This document shows positions 12,609 through 23,584 of a DNA stretch of 34,388 bases, one piece after another. Source of the DNA: Octopus sinensis (taxonomy: Eukaryota). Every line of letters begins with the position of its first letter. Position 1 is the stretch's first letter. The stretch is from the NCBI RefSeq assembly GCF_006345805.1, contig NW_021831726.1, forward strand, positions 1-34,388. The letters are read 5' to 3'. A program made the position numbers and the translations under genes. The notes under the pieces were generated by a model. It made no database searches. It had not been told where the DNA came from and saw only the letters and a list, made by a program, of their open reading frames with translations.

Positions 12609-12610
<2 letters not shown>
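12312..12610 (+). mobile_element. Family E element, copy 2 (head-to-head with copy 1)
   Basis: Same head, (TAA)n(CAA)n tract at 12390-12482 and same tail. 3' end truncated at the (TTA)n tract. Confidence 0.88.
12518..12563 (+). ncRNA. Hammerhead ribozyme motif with core mutation (CCGAUGA), probably impaired
   Basis: GACAC-CCGATGA-A-GGCTG/CAGCC-GAAAC-GTT-GTGTT. The conserved U4 is C at 12524. Confidence 0.6.
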
Positions 12611-12669
<59 letters not shown>

Positions 12670-12689
12670 CATTATTATTATTATTCAGT

Positions 12690-13290
12690 AGTTTTATTTT
12701 TATTTTTATAGCGTGCTTTCACTTCACTACCGAGCGCAGCTCTGTGTGCCTTGGGTATGTGCTGTGATTTGTTGTGATGCTCTGATGGTTATTGTATGGA
12801 AAGTGTTCTGCGTAGGATGTGTGCAGTGCCTAGTAGTGCAATTTTCTGTATGTTTATATTGTTTGTAAGTCCTGGTGTTTTTGTTATGTATTTGTCTGAA
12901 TATTTTTTTATCATGCCTAATGCACCTACTATGATAGGAATTGTTTCTGTTTTCAGATTCCACATTCTAGTTACCTCTATTTCCAGGTCTTTGTATTTTG
13001 AGAGTTTTTCCATTTCTTTTAGAGACACGTTGTCATCTGCCGGTACTGATACATCAATTAGAAAGCATTTTTTTTCTTCATGGTCTCTGACAACTATATC
13101 TGGTCTGTTGGCCTTAATTTCTCTATCTGTGTGTATCGGCATATCCCAGAGTATGGTTGCTTTCTCGTTTTCTGTGACCTTTTCTGGTGTGTGCCTATAC
13201 CATCTTTTTTCTGTTGTTATTCCATAATGTTGGCATAGCTTCCAATGTATGTAAGTTCCAACTCTGTCATGTCTGTGAATATATTCCTTC
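12690..13290 (-). mobile_element. 5'-truncated R4/Dong-clade non-LTR retrotransposon (REL endonuclease plus 3' UTR) ending in (TAA)n
   Basis: Uninterrupted frame LAKKEYIHRHDRVGTYIHWKLC...ILWDMPIHTDREIKANRPDIVV...LIDVSVP...EKLSKYKDL...PIIVGALG...TAHILRRTL (PD..D nuclease). The 3' UTR ends CTACTG|AATAATAA. Confidence 0.92.
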
Positions 13291-13311
13291 TTAGCCAGGA
13301 CTTAGCCAGGA

Positions 13312-13318
13312 CAGCAGC

Positions 13319-13370
<52 letters not shown>

Positions 13371-13410
13371 TAGTAGTAGTAGTAAAGTGGTGGTGGTAGT
13401 GGCTGCGGTA
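13312..13410. repeat. (GTA)n microsatellite
   Basis: Directly visible. Confidence 0.9.
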
Positions 13411-13571
13411 GTATATTCTCTCGTTATATCCATACCTTTATATTTAATACCAAGAATTATTTCATGATATTAATCTAAATGTCATGCGTCGGGTTTCAAA
13501 ATATAATCTTTATATTACTTTCTTTCCAGACAAAAGAGTTTCTTTTTAATGGATTTAATGCACTTTCTGTT

Positions 13572-13638
<67 letters not shown>

Positions 13639-13641
<3 letters not shown>

Positions 13642-14185
13642 GCCCTGATGCAGTGGCTCTCGTGGCTTCTGATCTTAACTGATTGGAAGTGTTATCATGT
13701 ACATTGTTTTGTTTAGGTATAAAAGATGAGCTACAGCGAATATTCTGCTCAATACCACAGATTTGCTAGTCAGTTGCTTGACCTTAACCAGTTGAGCATT
13801 CCCTTGGTGGGTGATGATATGTGCATCTCTGATCATGAGCAGAAGTAGTGTGGGAGCATCATAGCCACGTGTTGAGAGAAATTCTTTGGGATTTGAATAA
13901 TTCACCTCTGGAAACATAGGTGTTTTGTTTATCATCCTTAAACAACCCTTATTCAGAGATCTTTTGAGCGAGATGGGCTACTCGACCTGAGGAAAATTCT
14001 AACTGGGCCCCACTTGCAATGTCATGCGCTGCTTATCTTGATAGGAGATCACCATGTCACGCAGATATTGGTTGTGATGCATGTGCCTGATATACCCTTA
14101 TCAGACGAGTAGTCATGATGGGTATATTGGGCTTCGTATATTTGTACCCCAGCGTCACTTTGATGGCATGAATTGCTCTCTCACT
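13639..14185 (+). mobile_element. Family F repeat, copy 3, flanked by (TAA)n on both sides
   Basis: Reverse complement of copies 1 and 2. (TAA)n at 13575-13638 and 14186-14202. Confidence 0.88.
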
Positions 14186-14200
14186 TAATAATAATAATAA

Positions 14201-14231
<31 letters not shown>

Positions 14232-14362
14232 AAGAAGAAGAACAACAACAACAACAACAACAACAACGACGACGACGACGACGACAACAACAACGACGAC
14301 GACGACAACAACAACGACGACGACGACAACAACAACAACAATAATAATAATAATAATAATAA
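14186..14362. repeat. Compound microsatellite (TAA)(AAG)(CAA)(CGA)n
   Basis: Directly visible. Confidence 0.9.
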
Positions 14363-14364
14363 TG

Positions 14365-14568
14365 GTGTCGAATTTTGGCTCAAGGCCAGCAATTTCGGGG
14401 GAGGGACTAAGTCGATTACATCAAACCTCAGGGCTCAACTAGTGCCTATTTTATCCACTCCGAAAGGATGAAAGGCAAAGTTAACCTCGGCGGAATTTGA
14501 ACTCTGAACGTAAACATGGACGAAATATGCTAAGTAGTTTTCCCAGCGTACTAACGATTTTCTGGCAG
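14365..14568 (-). mobile_element. SINE family B
   Basis: GAAAGGATGAAAGGCAAAGTTAACCTCGGCGGAATTTGAACTC is the reverse complement of the family B core. Confidence 0.85.
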
Positions 14569-14912
14569 CTATTATTATCTGACAAATCATTCTTTCTCTT
14601 TGGAGGCGGGGGGGGGGCGTGCTATTATCACATAAAATGTCTGACACAGATATATTTTAACAAGGATTCAGCATGACAAATCTCTCAGATAATATTTCAA
14701 CTAACTAATACTCTAGTTTTTAGAGATCTATGTGACTTTTTTTCCCAGTACACAATTACTTAAAAAATTATATTGCCTCGGCATAATCTAATTATGTTTC
14801 TAAAATTGTTAAATCTGAAATCCTCACGTTGTACAAGATTCATTTCATTTGATTAAATATCATTTTAATATATGATATCTAATACATATCTCTCTCTTTC
14901 TTTCTCTATTTC

Positions 14913-14965
<53 letters not shown>

Positions 14966-15344
14966 GTCTTTCTTTCTCTCTGGCTGTATAAGTTTCCTTT
15001 ATATCTACCAAGTTATCAATATCGCTTGTGTTTCACCTAATTAATTTCCGTTGTTTAATATTTTCCTGTATTCATGTGCTTCGCCATTCTTCTGACAGAA
15101 ATTCCAAGTCTTGTACAAGAGTGCATAGTCATTAGATCTATATTTTGTTACACCATTCAGTTTTGCATTGTTTATTTTGATTTCAAAATGCTACTTCAAA
15201 TCAACTTCGATATATTCTATAAAGCTTGTTATCTGGAACATTTCGAAAACGAGATCCAATTGATATGTTTGATTACCAATACTTTCACTCGTGCAGATTA
15301 CTTTTTGACTCTTAATATTATTCTAGTAACAAAAGTGAGAGTGC

Positions 15345-15594
15345 AAGTGCGTGGCTTAGTGGTTAGGGTGTCAGCACCATGATCGTAAGATTGTGGTTTT
15401 GATTCCTGGATTGGGTGATGCATTGTGTTCTTGAGCAAAACACTTCATTTCACGTTGCTCCAGTCCACTCAGCTGGTAAAAATGAGTAACGCTGCAATGG
15501 ACTGGTGTCCCGTGCAGCTGGAGAACACATACGCCATAGAAACCGGGAAACCGGGCCCATGAGCCTTGCTATGCTTTAAAAAGGGCGCATTTAT
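15345..15594 (+). mobile_element. tRNA-derived SINE: head D plus CORE-like block plus V-domain-like tail
   Basis: GTGGCTTAGTGGTTAGG head, then TGTGTTCTTGAGCAAAACACTT...CCAGTCCACTCAGCTGG..AAATGAGT, then CTGCAATGGACTGGTGTCCCGT. Domain names are from recall of SINE superfamilies. Confidence 0.75.
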
Positions 15595-15604
15595 GTTTTA
15601 ATAT

Positions 15605-15824
15605 AGGCGGGAATTGGCAGAATCTGTAGAACACTGGAGGGAAATGTTTAGAGGCATTTCTTCAGTATTTACGTTCTGAATTCAAGTTCCACTGAGGTCG
15701 ATTTTAACTTTCATCCTTTCGGGGTCGATAAAATAAGTACCAATTGGACACTAGGGTAATTGTAATCCAATAACCCTCCCTCGAAATTGCTGGCTTTGTG
15801 CAAAAATTTGAAACCAGTATTATT
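15605..15824 (+). mobile_element. SINE family B
   Basis: Head GGCGG...TGGCAGAATC, core TTCATCCTTTCGGGGTCGATAAAATAAGTACC, tail AAATTTGAAACCA. Confidence 0.85.
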
Positions 15825-15835
15825 CTACAAATGGA

Positions 15836-16056
15836 AGTGGAAAGATGACAGAATCGTTACCGTGCCGGACAAAATACTTACTGGTATTTCTTCCGACTTA
15901 ACGTTCTGAGTTCAAATGTCGCTGGGGTCGACTTTGCCTTTTATCTCTTTCGAGGCCGATAAAATAAGTACTAACTGAACTAGGGATCGATGTAATTGAC
16001 TTACTCGCTCCTACGAAATTGCTAGCCTTGTGCCAAAATTTGAAACCAATATTATT
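15836..16056 (+). mobile_element. SINE family B (tandem with the previous copy)
   Basis: Same core and the tail CCTTGTGCCAAAATTTGAAACCAATATT. Confidence 0.85.
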
Positions 16057-16087
16057 CTAGTAATACCTGACCAAAATAAATCAATAA

Positions 16088-16251
16088 GCGCAGGAATGGC
16101 TGTGTGGTAAGTAGCTTGCTTACCAACCACATGGTTCTGCATTCAGTCCCACTACGCGGCCCCTTGGGCAAGTGCCTTCTACTATAGCCTCAGACTGACC
16201 TTGGCCTTGTGACTGGATTTGGTAGACGGAAACTGAGAGAAGTAGCCCGTC

Positions 16252-16307
<56 letters not shown>

Positions 16308-16492
16308 CTGTCTGTTTGTCCCCACCACTATCGCTTGACAACCAACGCCCCTGTAACTTAGCGGTCCGGCAAAAAAGGACAAATGGAATAAGATTTTTAG
16401 GCTTACAAAGAATAAGTTCTGGAGTCGATTTGTTCGACTAAAGGCGATGCGCTAGCATGGCCACAGTCAAATGACTGAAACAAATAAAAGAG
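16088..16492 (+). mobile_element. SINE family A (full length)
   Basis: Head GCGCAGGAATGGCTGTGTGGTAAG, internal (TG)n, tail ATGACTGAAACAAATAAAAG. Confidence 0.9.
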
Positions 16493-17084
16493 CAATAATT
16501 GATACGAAATTTGTGATCGGGAATCTGCATAAATAAAATCAAAGTGAGATGAATCCGGGAAATCTATCTTCCTATTTCCAGCTCACCATCAATATCTTGC
16601 AAAAGACATGTATTTTCATTTTCCTTCCCTTACAAAACTGAAAGTCAATGTTTGTCACGGAGATCAAACATATATTTAAAGGGCTTCCATCTAATCTTAT
16701 ATTTTCAAGTTCTGTGTCAATTTTTGCTCTACCTCACTTCTCTTGGAGAATTTCAGATACTACAAGTCCAATTACAAAAACCTCCACTAATGATATTCAT
16801 AAACTGTATCTTTGCTCATTCTCTTCTCCTTTCTCTCACTCCACCCACCCCTCAATGTATTGACAACGATTTCTACCGCAATTATTCTGTTTACCATTCA
16901 TGTTTGAAATTTTGGCATCATATTTCTTTGCTAAAACAGAATCACAACAAATGAGATAAGCTTTCGATTTCCTCAACGTTTTTGTCTTGTTTTGTTATTA
17001 TCGTTCTTTTTTTAACATGTCTTGTCAAGTTTTGGCTGGTAGTGATTGAAAGGTATTACTATGTTTGTATGCATATAAATACAT

Positions 17085-17624
<540 letters not shown>

Positions 17625-18043
17625 GTATAAACTATGTTTATATTTAACTAACCATATACATATTTAAATAACCACGTATATCTACTTATATATATATCTA
17701 AGTAACCAAAGAGACGGACAGACAGACAGATAGATATGTATAGAATTATGTGCATCTTTATGTATTTCCGCAACAAGCACGTGGCGGGCTATATGATAAT
17801 TTTTTTAAAATTTCAGCATCATAGGTAAACATAGCAGAGTCTTTAGCACGCCTTGACTAAACCCAATCCAAGTAAAACGAAACATTTATCTGTCTTCCAT
17901 AACTTTATTAACCACTCAAATTTAAAACGTGGAATCGAAGCATACACGCTGAATACAAATTGTCGTTATTTTTGTTTTAGTTCAACACGTCTACAAAGTT
18001 TAAAATGTGCTGAGCTGATTTACCTATACTATTCCTTTCTACT

Positions 18044-18237
18044 ATAGGCAAAAGGCCTGAAATTTCGGTAGGTAGATACTAAGTCATTTATATCGATCCC
18101 AGGGTTCGGCTGGTATTTATTATATTGATCCTGAAAGGATGAAAAGCAAAGTCGACCTCGGCGGAATTTGAACTCAGAAATTATAGATGGACGAAATGCC
18201 GCTAAGCAATTTTTCTGGTATGCTAACGATTCGGCCA
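18044..18237 (-). mobile_element. SINE family B with alternative tail
   Basis: AAGGATGAAAAGCAAAGTCGACCTCGGCGGAATTTGAACTC. The tail reverse complement ...CCTATAGTAGAAAGG resembles the tail at 11880-11903. Confidence 0.8.
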
Positions 18238-18318
18238 TATAACTATTTCGGGTATTATATTATATTATACTATAGTTAACCTTCCATTTACATCGTCTCT
18301 AAAAGATTTAATCAGTTT

Positions 18319-18505
18319 TACGAGGGGACAGCCAAAAGAAACCGTAGTTTTACAATATTATTTTATTCGCTTAGTTTTATGTTTACACTTTTATCGCCTT
18401 CAAAGTATTTCCCATTTGAAGCAGCGCATCATACCAGATGCGTTTTCCACTGTTCGATGCAATCCTTGAACTCTTGCGAAACCTCATCTTTTTGAGACGA
18501 CCACA
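18319..18505 (-). mobile_element. Mariner transposon 3' remnant (TIR plus transposase C-terminus)
   Basis: TA|CGAGGGG TIR start. Minus-strand translation SQEFKDCIEQWKTHLV*CAASNGKYFEGDK resembles the mariner W..C....G.YFEGD terminus. Confidence 0.75.
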
Positions 18506-18635
18506 CTTTGCACACTTTACTTCCAAGCAATAAGAGAGCAATAAGAGAGCAATAACGTTATAAATTAGTATGCATGCGCAACAGATTTCAAAGTCAAACT
18601 ATGCCAAGCGGCTTGATTCTGTATACTTTAGCTCC

Positions 18636-18649
18636 GTTACCATAGCAAC
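18636..18649. promoter_or_regulatory. RFX X-box motif GTTACCATAGCAAC
   Basis: Fits GTNRCC-N0-3-RGYAAC and lies in a non-repetitive, CpG-containing stretch. Confidence 0.45.
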
Positions 18650-19009
18650 AGTCTCGGTATCTTTTTATCAGATCTCGTATTAACAAGGATTTTCAACAGC
18701 TATAAAATATATTTTTAAAGCATCGTCATCGCATTTAAATATCCTTGTAGCCAACGCGTCACATTACGCCATTTAATAACTACTGGTGTAAGCCGTCAAC
18801 TATAGCCATTCCTTTAACGAAAGAATATTTATCCGATTTTGCTTCAAGCAGCAGAATGCTAAAAGGTTTTGAGCCACAGGTGGTTATTACGATTCGAGTT
18901 ACATTAATCCCATGCTGACATTTATATGTCTGTCGAATTGGTAAAACAAACATTTGAGAGTGAAGAAGGAAATATCCGAAAAAAATAAAATATCATTCAT
19001 AACACTATA

Positions 19010-19290
19010 AGCCATTGTTGTGTCGTGACTCGACCTACTAAAATTAGCAGCTAAATCTTCTTTCTCTCCAATCACATCTTTCACCCTCATGAAGAGAAGA
19101 ATACATTGACGCAAAGGTCCTTGGTGAACTATATTTGAAAATATGTCAGTATGTTCACAGATTGGCGCATCGCCTTTGATTATGTGGCTGATATATATCA
19201 GAGCTGACCCGGGTGGGAGTGGGGGGCTAAACAGTAACAACAATAACAGCAACGGTAACAATAACAACAATTACAACACTAATACGATCA
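19010..19290 (+). mobile_element. SINE-like repeat fragment ending ...GGGCTAAAC(AAC)n; a related fragment may lie at ~1175-1215 (minus)
   Basis: AAATTAGCAGCTAAATCT...GCCTTTGAT...CAGAGCTGACC...GGGCTAAACA plus an (AAC)-rich tail. Confidence 0.4.
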
Positions 19291-19380
19291 CAATGACTGC
19301 CAAGGTAACACAATAGAATGTCGAGTTCCGGCAGATATAGATATGGATATTAGTTGAACTTAGTCTTAGTGTCTCCTGGG

Positions 19381-19765
19381 TGGAGGCGCAATGGCCCAGT
19401 AGTTAGGGCAGCGGACTCGCGGTCATAGGATCGCGATTTCGATTCCCAGACCGGGCGCTGTGAGTGTTTATTGAGCGAAAACACCTAAAAGCTCCACGAG
19501 GCTCCGGCAGGGGATGGTGGTGATCCCTGCTGTACTCTTTCACCACAACTTTCACCCTTACTTCCTGTTTCTGTTGTACCTGTATTTCAAAAGGGCCGGC
19601 CTTGTCACTCTCTATGTCACGCTGAATATCCCCGAGAACTACGTTAAGGGTACACGTGTCTGTGGAGTGCTCAGCCACTTACACGTTAATTTCACGAGCA
19701 GGATGTTCCGTTGATTCGGATCAACCGGAACCCTCGGCGTCGTAACCGACTGAGTGCTTCCACAC
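19381..19765 (+). mobile_element. tRNA-derived SINE: head C plus tail X
   Basis: Head GGAGGCGCAATGGCCCAG...TTCGATTCCC is shared with 25894. Tail TGTACCTGTATTTCAAAAGGGCC...GTAACCGAC is shared with 33566-33745 and 26744-26925. Confidence 0.88.
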
Positions 19766-20085
19766 TGTCTCCTGTAGATTCCCTACGCAAAGATGCAGCT
19801 TTTGTTGTTGTTGCTGTTGTTGTTGTTGCTTTCTTTTTTTTTCTACGAGACTAATATAAGTGGAAAACGAATGGACAACAATATTTTCTTGTTTTTTTGT
19901 TTGTTTTTTTTTACAACCAGGTTTTAAATAAAGAATCATTTATTGTGGATTGTTACCCAATTGTCTGCAGAATTTGATTCATGAATATTCATGTCTTATA
20001 ATCGCCATAAATCAACACGCGCACGCGTGCTGGCGCACAGGGATGCATCATACGAACACAAGTGCGCGCGAGAATTAAGGCACAC

Positions 20086-20352
20086 AGAGACGCTCTCATA
20101 CACAAACATACATAAATATATATATATTCATAAATACATATACACACACAAACTTACAAATACATATATCATTATTATTATTATCATTATTAATATTTAG
20201 CAGAAGTAACAGTATGTGTGTGTATATATTGTATATATATATAGAGAGAGAGACGCTCCCATACACAAACATACATAAATATATATATGTATTCATAAAT
20301 ACATATACACACACAAACTTACAAATACCTATATATATATTTATCAGTATTA

Positions 20353-20400
<48 letters not shown>

Positions 20401-20435
20401 GATATATTTAGCAGAAGCAACAGTATGTGTGTGTA
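20086..20435 (+). repeat. Two-unit tandem duplication (~165-185 bp) of a composite simple-repeat block
   Basis: AGAGACGCTC.CATACACAAACATACATAAAT...TTTAGCAGAAG.AACAGTATGTGTG starts at both 20086 and 20249. Confidence 0.85.
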
Positions 20436-20436
20436 T

Positions 20437-20472
<36 letters not shown>

Positions 20473-20497
20473 CGTATATATATATATATATATATAC

Positions 20498-20532
<35 letters not shown>

Positions 20533-20554
20533 ATTATTAATATATATTATAACG

Positions 20555-20653
<99 letters not shown>

Positions 20654-20668
20654 ATATTATATCATATC

Positions 20669-20701
<33 letters not shown>

Positions 20702-21266
20702 ATACATACATGTATGCACTATGTTGAAAAGTTTTTGATGTCGTGTCATATATCGATATAGTTTAGAATTTGTTTGTCTTCCATCTTATAGAAACACTTC
20801 CTTCATATTGTAATTCTTTTTTATATTTGTTCGTTCACGCTGGAATCTTACTTCCGTATCTCTATGTGTTTCAGCATATGCGTAACAGCAATAGGTTGTA
20901 GTGTGGTTATTTGTTTTGTTTGAAGTTTATTTGTGATGGATTCTGCGATTTTGGTTTGTTTGCTTTGTGGGGTTTTTTTTTCTAGTTTTTGTTTCATTCT
21001 CTTTCTGGTTGTGCATGAACATGTTATTCTTGTAATTTTTTTACATGTTATTCTTGTAATTTTTTACATGGTAGCAGTTATATAAACGTATTTTGGTTGG
21101 TTCCTATTAACTTGATATAATACGATACTTTTGTGTGTGTATATCTACACGTTTTGCAACACGCCAAGATGCCCAACGCACATATATATATATATATATA
21201 TATATATGCATTAAGTGTGTGTCTGTATGTGTGTGTGTGTATGTGTGTGTGTGTGTGTGTGTGTGT

Positions 21267-21302
<36 letters not shown>

Positions 21303-21397
21303 TGCCTTAGCATAAAAAACCGCGGTTTTCTGCTGGAATATGTCGTTTGTTTGCAGAAAACCGCTGGAATGTGCCTTTCTGCTAACCCATACATATA

Positions 21398-21983
21398 CAG
21401 TAACCCAGCGACTATCGCGGGTGTTACGTTCCAAAACCCCACCCGAAAGAAGAATATCCTTGAAGTAGAAACAGTACTTCACTGTATATTTACTATCTCC
21501 GCCTTGGCGAAGGTGGACGTATTGTTTTCAGTCGCGTTTGTTTCTTTGTTTGTTTGTCCGTGGACAAGATATCTCAAAAACTGCTGGATAGATTCAGTTG
21601 AAACTTTTAGGGATGTTTGACCTCATGACTGACACGAACTGACTAGATTTTGGGACCTATCAGATACCGGACAAGGATTCTGGATTATTTTTCCGGATTT
21701 TTTACTTAATTTTTTAGAGCGATCGGGTTCGTTTTTAGTATTCTCCTTTGTGCGAGCAGTCAAGTTGATATTCTCATTTTGAAAATTATCTCTGGCTAAT
21801 CAATGAGAGGACATTGGTGTTGCCTTGGTGGAGGTTTGCGCTGAGTGCTCTTGTTTATATTATTTTTATAACTTGTATATATCTGTTTTATTATAAATGC
21901 AAAACAACGGGCCACGGAGGAATCGACGTAAGCTTATATAATAAACCGCGATAGGCGAACCGCGATATGACGAGGGATTACTG
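21398..21983. mobile_element. Tigger/pogo-like MITE
   Basis: TA|CAGTAACCCAGCGACTATCGCGG...GTTACGTTCCAA at the left end and CCGCGATATGACGAGGGATTACTG at the right end (imperfect TIRs). Confidence 0.65.
21490..21855 (+). mobile_element. Helentron-associated / DINE-1-like non-autonomous element nested in the Tigger MITE
   Basis: 5' hairpin CTCCGCCTTGGCGAAG, (GTTT)n core, 3' subTIR GGTGGAGGT and terminal stem-loop GCGCTGAGTGC, with T-rich flanks. Confidence 0.65.
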
Positions 21984-22008
21984 CATATATATATATATAT
22001 ATTATATA

Positions 22009-22053
<45 letters not shown>

Positions 22054-22091
22054 CTTATATATATATTATATATATTATATATATATATATA

Positions 22092-22458
22092 CTTTTACCT
22101 TTTACTTGTTTCAGTCATGTGACTACGGCCATTCAGGGGCACTGCCTTGAAGGGTTTTAATTGAACAATTCGACCGGAAGGAATTATCTTTTTAACCTAC
22201 TTATTTTATTCGTTACTTTAGACGGACCGCTAAGATATGGGGGCACAAACACACCATCACCGGTTGTCAAGCGGCAGTGGAGTCAAACACAGACTCAAAG
22301 ATACACACACATAGATATATACATTTATATATACGACGGGCTTCTTTCTACTAAATCCACTCTCAAAGCTTTCGTCGACACTTGCCCAGGGTACCACGTA
22401 GTGGGACTGAACCCGGAATCTTGTGGTTGGGAAGCCAGCTTCTTACCACACAGTCACA
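22092..22458 (-). mobile_element. SINE family A, diverged subfamily A'
   Basis: Head reverse complement ...CCCAACCACAAGATTCCGGGTTCAGTCCC. Lacks the CTACTATAGCCTCGGG block and has a diverged tail. Confidence 0.8.
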
Positions 22459-22669
22459 CTTATATATATATGATATATAAACATAGTCACACACATATAT
22501 GTATATAAATAATATTTTGTCTTTTTTAGTAAATCTCCTAAGATATCTCTTAAGTAATTTTGATATGATAAATAGGCATAATGCAAAAAAACTTCACTCT
22601 TGTATCTCAAATAGGAATTTGTAATTACTTATTTTGAATAGAAATAATTGAATAGAGGCGGTTAGGAGT

Positions 22670-22940
22670 GAAAGCGAGAGAGAGTGAGAAAGATAGAGAG
22701 AGGGAGAGAGAGAGTGAGGAGAGAGAGAGTGTGTGTTGCAAGAAAACAAAGTGAATGCGACAGAGAGCGCTGCGTGAAGGAGACAAAATATTAAATGAAA
22801 TGACGGGACAAGGGTTATGAACACCGTTTGTGAGATAAGGAAAGAGAGAAAGAGATAGAAAGAGAGAGAGAGAGAAAGAGATAGAAAGAGAGAGAGAGAG
22901 GGAGAGAGAGAGAGAGGAAAGAGAGAAAAGAGAGACGAAA
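22670..22940. repeat. (GA)n-rich polypurine tracts
   Basis: Directly visible (interrupted at ~22730-22835). Confidence 0.8.
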
Positions 22941-23483
22941 AACACACATTAATATATCACCTAACAATATGCGCAAATTCGATTTATACAGAAAATCATC
23001 CAAGGCTTTCGTTATTGAAAAGATCATGGTTAACACTTTTGCTTTTAACTCAAAACCTAAGTAATTTTGATATGATAAATACAGGCAAAGAATTTTCTTT
23101 TCACGAAGTATCTCATGGAAAAACTTTATAATCTCTCATTTTTAATGAAAAAAATTGAATAGAGTAGTAGAGAGAGGTGGAGATGTATGACGCAGTGAAT
23201 AGAAATGAGCTTTGTGACTGAAGTATGTGCTTGATTCTTCATTAACAAAGGACGTTGGAGGCCTCATTTTGGTAAAAGAATATAATTAAAATTGGTATTT
23301 TCTAGACATCAGACTTTGATAATTGCTTTCTTTTAGTTACATGATTCCAGCTAATTAATAAGCAGTTTGCTTTAATATAGAACCGATGGGATCAAGTCCC
23401 TCTGGCCTGCTAGCCATCACGTACATGGACCAACTGGTGCAAACGCTGCTTAGCACTTGCCACTCATGTATATATGTATATAT

Positions 23484-23566
23484 GTGTGTATATTTGTGTG
23501 TCTGTGTTTGTCCCTCCAACATCGCTTGACAACCGATGGTGGTGTGTTTACGTCCCCGTAACTTAA
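23484..23566 (+). mobile_element. SINE family A, internal fragment
   Basis: TGTTTGTCCCTCCAACATCGCTTGACAACCGATGGTGGTGTGTTTACGTCCCCG. Confidence 0.85.
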
Positions 23567-23584
23567 CAGTTAGTACTTATTCTA

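Noticed and set aside
13641-13690. GGCTCTCGTGGC near the 5' end of family F as an HDV-like ribozyme core
   Set aside because: The L3-like loop lacks the expected UCCUCG pattern, and I could not build P1, P2 and P4 by eye.
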